Shown piece by piece: positions 28,380 through 42,061 of a stretch of DNA of 64,000 nt (its first letter is position 1; every line of letters starts with the position of its first letter). The DNA lies in the NCBI RefSeq assembly GCF_009914755.1, contig NC_060925.1; one strand, given 5' to 3'. This DNA comes from the human T2T-CHM13v2.0 reference genome, Homo sapiens. The notes beneath the pieces are model-generated. The model saw only the letters and a list, made by a program, of their open reading frames with translations. It was not told the DNA's origin and made no database searches. Position numbers and translations under genes: made by a program.

Positions 28380-29320
28380 AAATACTACTATGAGGAAGTC
28401 TAACATACATGTTATCAGAAGCCTAGATACCAATATATATCTGTGATTATATTAGATATAAATAGACAAAATACAAATATGTCTGCCTTGATTTCTTAAA
28501 AACTCAACTGTGTGACACAACATACAAGAAGAAAGAAATATCAAAAGTAAAATCATGGAAAAAAGATACATCACTAAATAACTGATCAAAATAAAGCTAC
28601 TGTGGTTATATTAAAATTAGATTTTAAAGCAAAAAGTATTGTGGGAAATAAAGAATATTTCATAGTAATACAAGGTTAATACCATCAGGAAGATTTGAGA
28701 TTTATATATTTGCGTGCAAGTAAGCACAGCCTCAAAATAAATAAAAAATTGACCCAAATATAAGATAAAATGGATAAATCTACATTCATAATGGATAGTT
28801 TAAAGCATCTCATGAAAAGCTGCACAAAACAATTACATGAAATTAGTAAGGATATAGAAGTTTAGAGAAGCATGATTAACAAAAGAGATTAGTTGAGAAA
28901 TACAGTGCACTGCTTCCCAGAAGTCAGAATGCATGTTCTTTTCAACTACACTTGAAACATTTTCAAAAATTAAGCATATCTTGGACCATTAATCAAGCCC
29001 TTAAAAATTTCAAAGGATTAAATTATACAAAGTATGCTTTTGAACCACAGTAGAAATAAGTTAGAAGCAGTAACAAAAAGATAACTATAAAATTACCCTT
29101 AATACTTTCAATTAAGAAATACATAAAGAAGAAATTAAACAATGAGTATTGGGACATGTTTTGAATTGAGTAACAATATAAATAATACGTGTTAAAATGT
29201 GTTTAATTGGAAAAGGATAATTTTATAAGGAAATATAATCTTATATGTTAGGAAATAAGAGATTTTTAAAATAACCAATAAATATCAGTTCTAATAAACT
29301 GGAAATATAGCAGCAGGAAT
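28380..29320 (+). mobile_element. Ancient L1M ORF2 5' (endonuclease-region) relic
   Basis: atggaaaaaagatacatcac, catcaggaagattt, gaatgcatgttcttttcaactacac, gaaccacagtagaaataagttagaa are colinear with the L1 EN region at 58900-59440. Confidence 0.7.
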
Positions 29321-31699
29321 TAAGGTTATTGAATCAGCATTCTACTCATTTAGAAGTTAGATACTTTAATGTACTTAATTTGGGCAGTGTCTATTTGATC
29401 TCAGCTAGTCTTCCCAAAGTTCACCAAAACACTAGTCTATTTGGGATTTGGATAAAATAATCAAAATCTTTAGAATTCTCAAGAATACACTCTTCATTGA
29501 GGTGGTGTTGATAGATAATCTATCGGAGAAAATATATTACTATCTTTTCTAAATACTCTCCCTTGACATACTGGAAAATTGTGCATAATTCTTATGAGCA
29601 TTTGGAACTGTCTCAAAGGATATTGTCAGAATTTTTGTCCTATATGTGCTATGAGTGTGTTCAAGATGCCTATGAAGTGCACTAGTCAATGATGTTTTAC
29701 ACTGCAGTGATTTAAAACATATCTGACAACAAGGTAATGGATTTCTTCTTTCTTATAAAACATCTATAACATTCTTTATTTTTTTTACTAATCATTACTG
29801 ATACCTAAAATTGTTTAATTGAAGAATTATTAATTTGAGCAGCTTTTACAAAGAACCATAACATGTTGTGAAAAACTTGATCCTAGAAAATACCAGTGAA
29901 CATTATTGGGTATTACAATAACAATTAAGGTCTCCTAGCAAAGTTTATAGCATTACACAGAAACACATGTCAAAATTGTAAATTTAAAGCTTTATTTTGT
30001 TTCCGAAACTTTTTATTTTATTTTATGGAACATCATATATAAGATTTCTGTAGAATATATATGCTCGTTAACATTAATTTTATTTGCAAGAATGACAGAG
30101 CCTTATGAGTAAACAGAGTCACACATATACTAATATTTTATAGCAAGGACTTTAAGAAACACTGACTGATTTGATGATGATAGCTTTTCATATTATGCTC
30201 CCAAAAATGACAACCTCAACTTTTTACAGAAAACAAGAACAAGAAATGGAAACATTTTCAGCTTGTCTTCAATGAATTCCTTTAATCAGTAAAGCCCTTT
30301 TGTTGACAGTTAAGCTTTAATTATTTCAAGAATATTCAACTTTCTTGGCATTTTTTCAAATTTTGTGACTGATTTTTTAATGAGTTAGATTACATAAAGG
30401 TAAATACGTTAGTGATAAAGGCAATACTGTCATTTCAAATGATTTTGGGTAGTGGTGGGCAGAAAGCTTCAGTATGGTACCTGTGGCATGGGTCTCTCAC
30501 TTTGGTTTAAGAGGTTATCAAGTTTGATGGGTTCACTGTCTTGAGGCCATGTCAGCCTAGTACCACACATTGAGGAAAGCCAACATCAGAAGAAGAAGGA
30601 GAAAGAGGGATTTTCCCTAGAACATAAATCAGAGCTAGTCTCATCTGCCCATCACCATCTTTCTTAAGTGAGAGTCTCTCTTTATTACCTCAGCCCAAAG
30701 GATTAGGGATCACAAGTTCCAAGTGAATAACTCAAAGAATGATGCCTTCCCCACAGAAATTAGGGCGTCTAAATACTCCATTGCCATACTAAAAGCTGTT
30801 GTCCATATCGCTGAAGCCTAATCAATGTTCTTGCCTATATTTTGTGGGGCCACTTTTCTGTTTCTTGACATTGTTTTGGACATGTGAACTTCATGAATTA
30901 CCTTGCATCCATGAGCTTTATAAGTTATCTCTTAGATATTGCCCCCAGATCCAATTAGTGAGAGCATGTTTTCATTTGAGTTTGCCAGTGACCATGTTAT
31001 ATAGTAAACTAAATAACATTCTATTTGGTTATCTTTGACATTATGTTTGAGGATGTTATCCATTCAAGCTCACTTAGCAAAGTAACAAAATTGCCACCTT
31101 GCTCTGTCTCCATTATACAAACACACAGATAACATTTCAAAAATGAGGGAAAAAGAAAGCAGTTTGCAATGTGAATTGAAACAAAAATAAATGAAAAATA
31201 AAAATAAAAAGATCCTGGTCTCCTTGACTGTTTCTCATCCTCCCCTCTCAAAATAAAATAAAATAAAATAAAAATACATTTTTTCCCTGTAAGTTACACA
31301 TTTCCTACAAAACAAAATTTTATCTGTGAATTTTGGTACAGTGATATCTGGAGATAAGCAACAACATTTGCAGAGATAATAATTCAATGAAAAACATGTT
31401 GCTTTTCTTTCTGGAACAGCTGTTAAGAATATTTCATAATCTTTTGGAGTTTCTGATTTTGCTACAAATACCTGTTTCATTTATGTTTATCTGTTAGTCA
31501 AAGCCGAACAGTCTTGCTTTTTTAAAAAAAACATAAAGAAGACTTCTGAAAATGCTTATATCTCTCAGTCTTTTTTTATACTTTGTTACAAAAGCTGTTA
31601 TAATATGCATAATATAGCAGGGTAACTCCAAAATACAAAACTAGAAGCAGGAAATTTCTTCCTTCTCATGAAAATAGACTGTATACCTACTATCATTAC

Positions 31700-31930
31700 A
31701 AATATAGTGAAGTCTGTGGAATCAGATTGGCTTGGTTTATATCTTAACTCTGCTAATTCCTAGCTCTGTGTTCTTTAGCAAATTACTTCAGTCAACCTCA
31801 TCTTCATCAGTAACATTGAGTTAATAATAGTACCTTGTTTATGAGGCCTTTGAAAGTATTGAAGAAAATAGTATATGTAAAGAACTTAGCTTAGAGGCTG
31901 GTATATTAAGCAGCCAATACATTTTAGCTA
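31700..31930 (+). mobile_element. MIR SINE
   Basis: ggaatcagattggcttggttt...ctagctctgtgttctttagcaaattactt...taataatagtacct MIR core. Confidence 0.7.
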
Positions 31931-32071
31931 TAATTACAATTACCACGAATTCAGATTCTCATGTGAAAAAAATAATTCTCTCACATATACTTTTTCATAA
32001 TTCTCACCCCTCAGGAATATTTTAAGAAAACTGAAATTTACCAGTGGAAAGCCATATAGAAACTCATTTGG

Positions 32072-32397
<326 letters not shown>

Positions 32398-33349
32398 TTA
32401 TTCAATAAAAATTTATTGCCTGGAAGAAGTGCAGCTACTTCAATGAGGTATTCAATGAGCTTATAGCTTACTAATTAATGTATCCCACATTATCGCTACC
32501 AAAATCTAAACTGAATATATATGGCATAGAAATGATGATTATGAAATATGTTCATAAAATTATACCACAGATGAGTATATCACTATTAAATAAGAATAAA
32601 TTTTAAAATAGACTAGGTTTCCATCTGGGATATGGTCTACATTTCTAATAAAACACATTATATAAGATACAGGTAGAAAAATAAATTTAACATTTTAATA
32701 CAGACAACAAATATACATTTATTAAATTCTAGTTTTAATAATGACAATGAAATCTTCAGAAAAGGGGAGTTATTTTTTAAGTAAGAATGCAATACTATGC
32801 AATCAGAACTTTAAAAGTAACATAGACATTTGCTGTCTCTAAATGATTTAAAATCGGACAATAATGGAAAGAATTAAACTTAGGAACTCTTACCTTGAAT
32901 GGTGAGTTTACCAAAGAGAGTCCATTACACTCCAACAACCTCTAGATATTTCTCTGGAGTAGATATTTGTTGTCTTATTTAACATTTTCTGAATATCTAA
33001 ATATTAAAGAAAAATATGGGGATTCTAATCTTTGTAATATCCCTGTAGATAATATAGATTTCATAAAATGAAGAATTGTCATTGAAAGCAAGTTTATTTT
33101 CCTCTCTCACTAAATAAAATTATCTAATGTTGAAATTATTGAGCATATTTGGTTGAAATCCTATGAATGCCATACAAGTACAAGAACGAGTTTCAGCAAA
33201 TATCAGAATTCAAAAAGCCTTTTAAAAAGTTATTTTTATTAAAAATTTAATTATCTCTGTGTTTCAATGAAGTTTTCATAACAGCGAAGAGTAAAAAATG
33301 ATTAAAACTACTTTTATGGTCAAGATGGAGTAGCACAGACTAGAATTAT

Positions 33350-34180
33350 TGCTAGTATGAATGTAAAATAGTGCAACTTTAGAAGATATAGCAGTTTCTT
33401 AAAATACTAAACATATACCTACCTACCATATGATCCAGCCATTCCACTGCAAAGTATTTCCTTCAGATAAATAAAAGCATATGCCCACAAAAAGACATCT
33501 AGAGAGATGTTCACAGCAACTTTATTTATTATAGCCCAGATATAGTTTGACTGTGTCCCCACCCAAATCTCATCTTGAATTCCTTGTGTCGTGGGAGGGA
33601 CAATGTGGAAAGTAATTGAATCATGGGGGCAGGTCTTCCCTGTGCTGTTCTCATGACAGTGAATAAGTCTCATGAGATCTGGAGGTTTTATAAGGGGGTG
33701 TTTCCCTGCACAAGCTTTCTCTTCTCTTGTCTGCCATCATGTGAGACGTGCCTTTTACCTTCTGCCATGGTTTTTAGGCCTTCCCAGTCACATGGAACTG
33801 TAAGTCCATTAAACCTCTTTCTTTTGTAAATTGCGCAGTCTCAGATGTGTCTTTTCCAGCAGTGTGAAAACAGACTAATACAAGCCCCAAACTGGAAAGA
33901 ACATAGTAACCTTTAATAGGTGAATGGATATAAAACATTGTGATACTTATATAGAGTGGAATACACTTCAGTAATAAAAAGTCTTAAGTAACTAATACTC
34001 AATGACATGACTATATCTCAAAATAATTATGCTTAATGAAAAAAGCTAGATACAACAGTACATACCATACCACATAAATCCATATTTATAATGCAAAGTA
34101 ATCTGTAGTGACAGAAAGCATGTCAGTGATTTTATGGGGACTATGTGGTGGAATGAACTGGAGAGATAGATATCAGAAGG
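33350..34180 (+). mobile_element. Old L1M 3' fragment interrupted by a THE1 LTR
   Basis: ccatatgatccagccattccact...ttcacagcaactttatt...atagccc | caaactggaaa continuity across the LTR. Confidence 0.75.
33538..33882 (+). mobile_element. THE1 (C-like) solo LTR
   Basis: gatatagtttgactgtgtccccacccaaatctcatcttgaat...cagactaataca; 5-bp TSD AGCCC at 33533-33537 and 33883-33887. Confidence 0.92.
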
Positions 34181-34189
34181 AAAGAGAAT

Positions 34190-34660
34190 TTAAAGTCAGA
34201 TAGTTGTCTCTTGGAAAAATATTTGTGCTTTTGAATGAGATGCCAGTTTCATAGCTTCACAGAATATTATTTGTATTTGAAAGAAGATAAATTGTGATTA
34301 TTCAGATTTCAGTTTTAAGTGGATATAATCTGGAGAATAAAGAAAACTTGTCAATTTAAGAAAATGAATTGATAGCATTTTTGTCAATAATACAGTTGAC
34401 TCTACAGTGAAAAATTATAACTTGGGAAAACTTTTATTAGCCACTGTGAGCTTGACTTCTTCCAAATACTTAAGGTTTCTTATGATGAGATTAATGATAA
34501 CAACAAATGTGATCTTCTGATATTGTAAATGAAATGTATCTAGACTTTTGAAATATCTAAATAAATCATTGAACCAATATTTTCAAAATGATCAATGCAT
34601 CATATTATAAAATCATACATGGGGTAAAATACTCATGCAAAGTGCAAGAGCAACCATTCA
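34190..34660 (+). mobile_element. Charlie1-like hAT transposase relic
   Basis: gggaaaacttttattagccactgtgagcttgac...ccaaatacttaag...tgatgagatt...gaaccaatattttcaaaatgatcaatgcat resembles Charlie1. Confidence 0.6.
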
Positions 34661-35239
34661 GTACTAAATGTGTAAAATTTCACTGGACTGCATAGGTACA
34701 ATGGACTGGGCTATTGACTGCACACATAAGGTGTACTTCCTTTGGTAGTAAATACCGTCTAATTCTAAATTTTATCTTTAGGTTACACATGCAAAAAGAA
34801 GTGAATACAATGATTGAAAAGCATCAATTTTAAAAATGATTAATCTTGTCTAACCACAATATTTACCATAGCCAACTGGATTCACGTTCAAATTTACCAC
34901 TGTAATGAAATTATCATGAAGACCAGGGGTGTCAGTAAGGAATTTATTAACATACAAAGAAGCCACTGATGCTCATAAAATCTCTACTACTTGAAACTTA
35001 CCTGGGCATGTGCTTTTAAGCAAGTCCAATATGGCTAATGAGAACAAATATTCTAACCTATTCAATAACAACCCTTATGGGTGTCTGTCAAATATCATGA
35101 CTGTTTTTTCAAGTCAAATATTGCCATACCCAATAAAGGCTCTTGTATTTTAAGTAAATTCCTAGGCAAACTTGGAAGGAGAAAGGGAAGAAGAAGTTCA
35201 TGTGATTTGTTGGGGTTGTAATGTTTCTAAATCCTAGTA

Positions 35240-35830
35240 CAGCAGGCCCTAGAATAACATTGTTTTGTTCAATGTTGTCTCATTTAACATTGATGAGAAA
35301 AAAAAGAGATTGCTGACTAGGGCCACTGTCTATGTAGAGTTTGCATGTTCTCCCTATGTTTACATGGATTTTTTTCTGGATACACCAGTTTTCTTCCACA
35401 TCCTAAATATGTACATGTTAGGTTAATTGGCAGGTCTGAATTGTTCCAATCTGAGTGAGTGTGAGTTCCTGTGTGAATATGCCCTGTGATGGGATGTCAT
35501 CCTTTCCACAGTGGGTCCCACCTGGTTCCCTGAGCTGCCAGGAGAGGCTCTGACTACTTGCAACACTGAACCAGAATACTTGGGTAAATAATCACTTTAT
35601 TTGTTTTTATTACTCGTTCTTAAATGTATGTATACCTCACATTTATTTCAATGTTTAATATTAGAAATGTTTTGGTCTTCACATAGGATTTTAAAAATAT
35701 TTTTGTGACCAAAATATGCCATGAGAACTTAACTATTGTTTTTTTAAAATAGCCTATGATCTAACTGGTCATTTTACACAAAGTCACAGTTTCTAAGAAC
35801 CTATCACTGACCTTAAATGAGGACTTACTG
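35240..35830 (-). mobile_element. MER82-like TcMar-Tigger element
   Basis: Imperfect terminal inverted repeats cagcaggccct... / ...gaggacttactg, TA on the left flank; reverse complement begins cagtaagtcctcatttaa. Confidence 0.75.
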
Positions 35831-36604
35831 TTCTCTGTCTCTCTTTCTCTCTCTTAATTTACTTTGATTTCAGCAGATGGTAGAGAGGTTCTAATTGCTT
35901 GAATTGATAACAGTTAGAAGAACACAAATTTTGGTGTTCTTTAGTCTTCAGGACAATACATAATGGCCATGATCTCCAGAGAAATAATTCTTTATTCTTG
36001 CCAAGAGTAATGGCAAGCTTTTCTCAGACATAGTTCTGAGATTGGAGGATGTTGTAGTAGTTCTTATGCCCATGCAATTGAATCTTTCTACTTTGCAGCC
36101 ACACTCGCCTGAGACTGGGGTCATTTTCATGGCTAATGTAGATTTCCTGAAAAGCTTAATGCTCAAAGGAAAGGACAAACAGGCTCATACTGAAGAGAAT
36201 ACTAGAGCAAAGATTATCTTAAAATTCTCCCATTTAAGAAAAATATTGATGGTCAGAACAAACCTCCTGCCTATTTTTCTGTTTATAATTTTGCCTATCA
36301 AAATTGCTATGAGGCCAGTTATATTTGGTTAATGCATTAGATAAAATCAAGTGCATAGATTTCATTATACTAGGAATAGTTTCATCATCGTGGACTCCAT
36401 CAAACATTTTAAAAATAAATAGTTTGTTTTATAAGGCTAAATGACTATGATTCTGTTAGCCTGAATCCATTGATCTTTCTGGAAAAAATAAACAAACTGT
36501 AGTTATAAAATAAAGAAATCTGAATACACAGATGCCGATCATTACTCAACCCTATTGAAATTTATACCCTAAATAGTATAAATAAATGCCTAAGTGCATT
36601 GTAT

Positions 36605-36790
36605 TCAGAAAAGTCCAGGTTTATTTCCTGATTCTGTCAGTAAGTTTTCTGTTTTGGGAAGTTGTTTTTTTTTTTTCTTTAATCCACCCTGAGTTTTAAC
36701 TTTCTCATCTAAAGAATGGGAATGATCATATTGTCTGGAGAAGTTGTAAATATCACAGTACCTATCACGTGAGAAATATTTAATAGATAT
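36605..36790 (+). mobile_element. MIR fragment
   Basis: ctgagttttaactttctcatctaaagaatgggaatgat MIR core. Confidence 0.55.
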
Positions 36791-37851
36791 GAGTCACATT
36801 TCCAACCATTCTTTTAATAAAAAGTTGTTCTAATTGTCTGAGCAGCCTTATAGATATCTTTTAATTTGATTGTATTTATTAAAATAAAACTGCTCCCGTT
36901 AAGACTATGGATCTAAGTCCACCAATCTGCATTATTCATTCATTGTTACATGACATTGTAACAGAGATGGATCCATTGTGTAGTGAGTAAACGCTATCAG
37001 TAATTGGTCATCGTTCTTTCACTCATACATCCAGATTTAAATCTGTCATGCTTTACTCCTCAAAAAAGTTGTGAATAATGAAAATTTCAGTAATAACGTA
37101 TGCTGCTTTGTTGAGAGGTACAACTCATTTGTAGCCGGAATGATAAGAAACTGCAATTCCACTGCCATTACAATTGGAGTTCTGCCAGGATACATCCTTT
37201 CTCAAATATTTTTTTCCCTTTATTCTTGAAGTGATGTGAAAAGGCATTTTGAGATGTGTTCTATAGCTAACAATCAACCACATGAAGAAGAAAATAACTA
37301 GAAGGCTGTTTCACAAAGGAGTCTGTGGTTCATTTATACCAGTATTGTTTTAATTGTTTTTAAAATACAGATTCCAAGGCTTTATTCCAGAACAATTGAA
37401 TCAGAACTGGGGGGAGTGGGTATTCCCAGAAATATACATTTTAAAGACATATTTCCAGTTCTAAAGAACAATGACAAAACATGAAGAATCATTTTCTAAC
37501 ATGCATATCCTACAATAATTGTGGCTCCACTTCAGCGGGAAACCCAAGCTGTTACAAATCTTAAGGAAGTGCCTAAGCTACAAACACTACTTGAATGCTT
37601 GGGTATGTGAACTTCATGATTTCATTCTGCCTCATATGCTGTGATACTATGCTCATCTCTAGATTCAATCACAATTGCGGATTTCATTTAGTCATTTTTG
37701 GATGTGCTCAAGTATATTAATTGAGTAGCTACAAAAGAAATAAACTGAATGGCGGACATTACAAGGAAAAATAAAACACATATCTAAAAACTTATGATAA
37801 AGAAGAAAAGAAAAACTGCAAATAATAATAATGTAAATTAAAATAAAATAG

Positions 37852-38243
37852 TGTCTTAGCCAGCTTGGGCTGTCATAACAAATTATCATAGACTGTGTGG
37901 CTTCAACAACATAAATTTATTGTCTTACAGTCTGCGGGGGGCAAGAGGTCTGAGATCAGGATGCCAGCATAGCTGGGCTCTGGGGAGGACTCTTCCTGAC
38001 TCGTAAATGGGTGCCTTCTCTCTGTGTCCTTACCTGACCTTTACTTGATATTTGTATATCGAGAGAAATCTCTCTCCCCCCACCCCCTTTCTCTTTCTCT
38101 CTCTTCCTGTTCTTACCAGACCACAATCCTATTAGATTAGGACTTCACTCCTATTTGCCTCATTAAACCTTAGGTGCCTCCTAAAAGCTCTATCTCCAAT
38201 TACATTGGGTGTTAGGGCTTCAACATGAATTCATTCCATAGCA
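37852..38243 (-). mobile_element. MLT1A-like solo LTR
   Basis: tgtcttag...ccatagca termini; flanks aatag/tatag. Confidence 0.85.
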
Positions 38244-41194
38244 TATAGATTCCAGAAAAATGGTAAAACTAGCATGTAATTATACAGAGAAGAAAGGTTC
38301 AAATTCAATAGGATAAAGGACCATCAAGAATATCTTTTATGGTAAATGTGATATTAGATTTACACCTTGAGTTGCCAGACCATGAGATGATAATAATAGA
38401 TGTTTGGAGGACAGAAAAAGGATTAAATTACCCTCAATATGAATTCTTGAAGTACCCTGTCTTCAGGTCATTTTTTCCTTTCTTATATTATATCCTTAGC
38501 TGGGGTTTTTGGATGTCACTTATATTTTCTCACTGTAATGTTGGTATCCAAAAAATGCCTGGGGATGAGTTGTTGGTCTAAAGATTGCAGGCATTTTCTT
38601 GCTTAGGTAAAACTATCACATATCAGACTCAGAAAAAGAGAAATCTTTATAGATCTTAAGTTTAAAACTTTAAAGTATTAGCAAATTCTTTATCTAAGGA
38701 TCAAAAATCTTTTGAAGAACTGTGAGTAAAGCACAACTGAGACTTTGCATGCTTCGGGGAGCAGAACCCTGTCAGTGGCTGATTATTATTGTTTCACCCG
38801 TATATCCAGATTTAAATCTATCACACTTTTCTTTATAAATAGCAGCTGTAACTTATATTTTATATATAAACACTAAATACCTCATTAAAAAAAATTCTAT
38901 ATTCCACCTACAATAATTTGAGGAGCATCTGTATGTTCCTAAAAATGCATTTCTAGCAACAACAATTAACTGGTGGTGTTGAAACCACTTGAACAAGCAA
39001 TTTATATTCTCCAGTCCATTTGCATAAACTATATTCTAAGAAAAAATACACAAATATGAATAGGACTAAAGTACAGTAATTAATTTTATTGATGTTCAAG
39101 TGGAGAGATGATTTAAATGCTGAGAAAGATGGAAAAATATGTAAAAACAAGACAATCTCACGTACACAACGACAGTAAATTTATAATACGGGAATTGCAC
39201 TCACCAACTAGTAAAGCTGTAAACTAATAAAGCCTTCAGTTTCTTAAATAAATAAATTTATAATCTTTTGTAGAAGAATTACAGAGGTAGCCAGTCTAAG
39301 GTTAATATGGTGGTTTCAGAAACCCTTGAAGGACTTGAAGTCCTTCTGTCTTTCTGAGCACCATAATTTCTATCTATCTTCAAAGACAGGAAATGGTTAT
39401 TGGAACTCTTATCATTAGGTTCAAGTTGCAGGAAGCACAGAGGGTGTTTTTTCAGATGAGAAAATCCTTTTCAAATGATTTTTCAGGCATTTCAGTTACA
39501 TCTCATTGTACAATCAATGTGAAACAATGGCATGGAGAAAGAATTTTTTTTTGTTTGCTATTACTAATCTAATTTTGTTTCTCCATCCAAATAAGATCAA
39601 GAAGGGAAACAGGATGAATGCATGCTGGATACTCCATCATAAGAAAGTTAAAAGTTTATTATTTTTAATCTACAAGATAGTTATCCTACTGTTATTGAAC
39701 TAGTTGGAAAAGACGTCAAAGACTTGTCTTTTTGTAAAAAAGAATAAAAAGCACTGCTCAGACATTCACCATGCCAAATCAGGACTAGTTCCAGCTGTGA
39801 CATGTCTAAAAATGTGTTCTCTGGTTATGCTTTAAATTTAGTTGAAAATGTCTTTGTTCTTGATATTTTACCAACATATTTTTGTTACTTTACTTGTTCC
39901 AGGACACGTGGATCACATCTAAAACGTAAAACATCACTTGAAATGTTCACAGTATGTATCTCTCAATTTCTAGCCAAGAAATGACTATGTAGGTTATATA
40001 TCTCACTAAAAATACAAAAAATAAGATTACATTGAAGAAGAACACTCACAGAATTGCTTTAAGCCAAGATGTGTCACAATAAAAATGAAACTTCTTGCTA
40101 CTAAATGTAATTTAGAATAACGTGATTATAATGAATTAAGGCAAAAATTAACTCTTATAGAGACTGGTATAAAGCAGGGTGAAAAAGGAGGCAGTTAGTT
40201 TTTCTATAGTTACCTTATAATCACATTGTTTCTTGTGGCCATGATCACAGGCTAGTCACATAGAAATATTGTAAAGTACACAGTTTGTAAATAACTTGCC
40301 TCAAATCACATGTCCACTCATCAGATATATTAAGTTATTTAACTCGTTTCTTAGTAATGCCTGTTTCTGTAAATGACCCTTGAGAAAAAAAATTTAAGAA
40401 ATTAATATACATACAGTTTTTGTAATACAGGCAGATCATTCCACATCTTATCACTGAGAATGAATTGAGCCATGAAATACTAGTGATAGCATGGGGTTAG
40501 CACCAGATATCTACATTGTTGTTTAAAAAACACTGGAGGATTTATAATATAAAACATGTGGTTTAATATTAAATCTCAACTTCTTAGTAGAAATATTTGT
40601 CTGCCTGTCAATCATGTTTTTAGGAAAGAGTTGTCCTCCAATTTATTTCCTAAGATTTAAGTTGTACTTAGTATGACTGACTTCTAGTTTAAAGTTTACA
40701 GCAGCGATCAAAACCTGGTCAATCATAATTGCTACTCCACGGGTCACAGAGTTTAATCCAGGCATTCATGTCACAAAGTAAACTGATCTACGTCCTTTTG
40801 TGGGGACCACTATGGATTCTGAATAGAGTTTTTCCTCTTTATAAGATAATAGCAAATAAAACCCACAATGTTATTAGCTATACATAAAAAATTTAAAAGC
40901 CCTCAGCCTGACAAATAATAGGCAGATAAAATGGTTGACAGACAAATAAAAATCCTTAAACTTATAAGATTGACAATAGATTGATATTTTTATTTTATAC
41001 CTGAAAATAACATAGATCCTTATAAGAAAGTTCAGGTAATACAGGGTAATAGAAAGAATACAAAATATTAATTTTGAAAGTCTACCCATTGCTAAGTATA
41101 TACATTTATGCAAATTCCTTAACATCTAGGTCATGTTATCACCTGAGAAATAAGTTTAATACTTTTTAAAACTTATTTGGTTAATGCATGTAGT

Positions 41195-41353
41195 CAGAAA
41201 TGGCTATAGAATTTGTGGTGCCTTGTATAAAAAGAAAATGTGGGTTCCTTGTTTTAAAAGTATTAAAAATGGAAACACAGTGATGCAGAGAATTAATCTA
41301 AGTGTAGGGTCCTATGTAACTAGACAGATCATATGTCCATGAAGCAGGCCCTG
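41195..41353 (-). mobile_element. MER45A-like hAT-Tip100 MITE
   Basis: Reverse complement begins cagggcctgcttcatgga; gaatttgtggtgccttgtataaaaagaaaatgtgggttccttgtt matches recalled MER45A. Confidence 0.7.
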
Positions 41354-41355
41354 TT

Positions 41356-41800
41356 TGTGGTGGATTAAATATGGTCATCATTCTTTACAAATTCTCCCAT
41401 ATAGCTTTAATTTTCCCTTCTCTTGAAATGGAATTAGCTCTGTAACTGGCACTGACTATTATAATATGGGGAGAATGATGCTGAAGCATTGTACATTCAC
41501 CATTCTCAAAACTATGGGTGAAGTTTGAAAATTCTGAGACCACCATACCATGAGAAAGCCAAGGCTAGCCATCTAGACAGAGAGAAAGGCCATGTAAATG
41601 AGCAAGGTGAGAAACATGTGAGTGAAGTTTTAGTTCCCCCTCACCAGACAAGGCACCCACTGATTGCAGCCAAGTTAATGAATCCAACAAACCCCACCGC
41701 CCAAATTCTTGACCTACAGAATCATGAGGACAAAAGATGATATGGTTTTAAACCATTAAGTCACAGGGAAGTTTGTAATAGAGTAATAAATAGCCAAACA
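41356..41800 (+). mobile_element. Old MLT1 (F/G/H-like) LTR
   Basis: tgtggtggattaaatatggtc start; aaattcttgacctacagaatcatgag...ttttaaaccattaag...aatagccaaaca end. Confidence 0.65.
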
Positions 41801-42061
41801 AATAGTACTGAATATTTTTATAAACTTTCAATAATATTAATAAAGTAACATTACTTTACTATTATTCTCTCTGGGTTGAAGCAAACAATCTGGATTTGTT
41901 ATGAGCTATTTTTGACCTATAGTAGTCCCCTGAAATTAAAAGTATTTTGCATGATAGTATCAGTACAGTTGTAGATTACATAATATCATAGGCAAAATAA
42001 TGACCTTCAAAGGTCTGCAAATCGTAATTTGCAGAACCTGTGGATATGTTACTTTATATAG

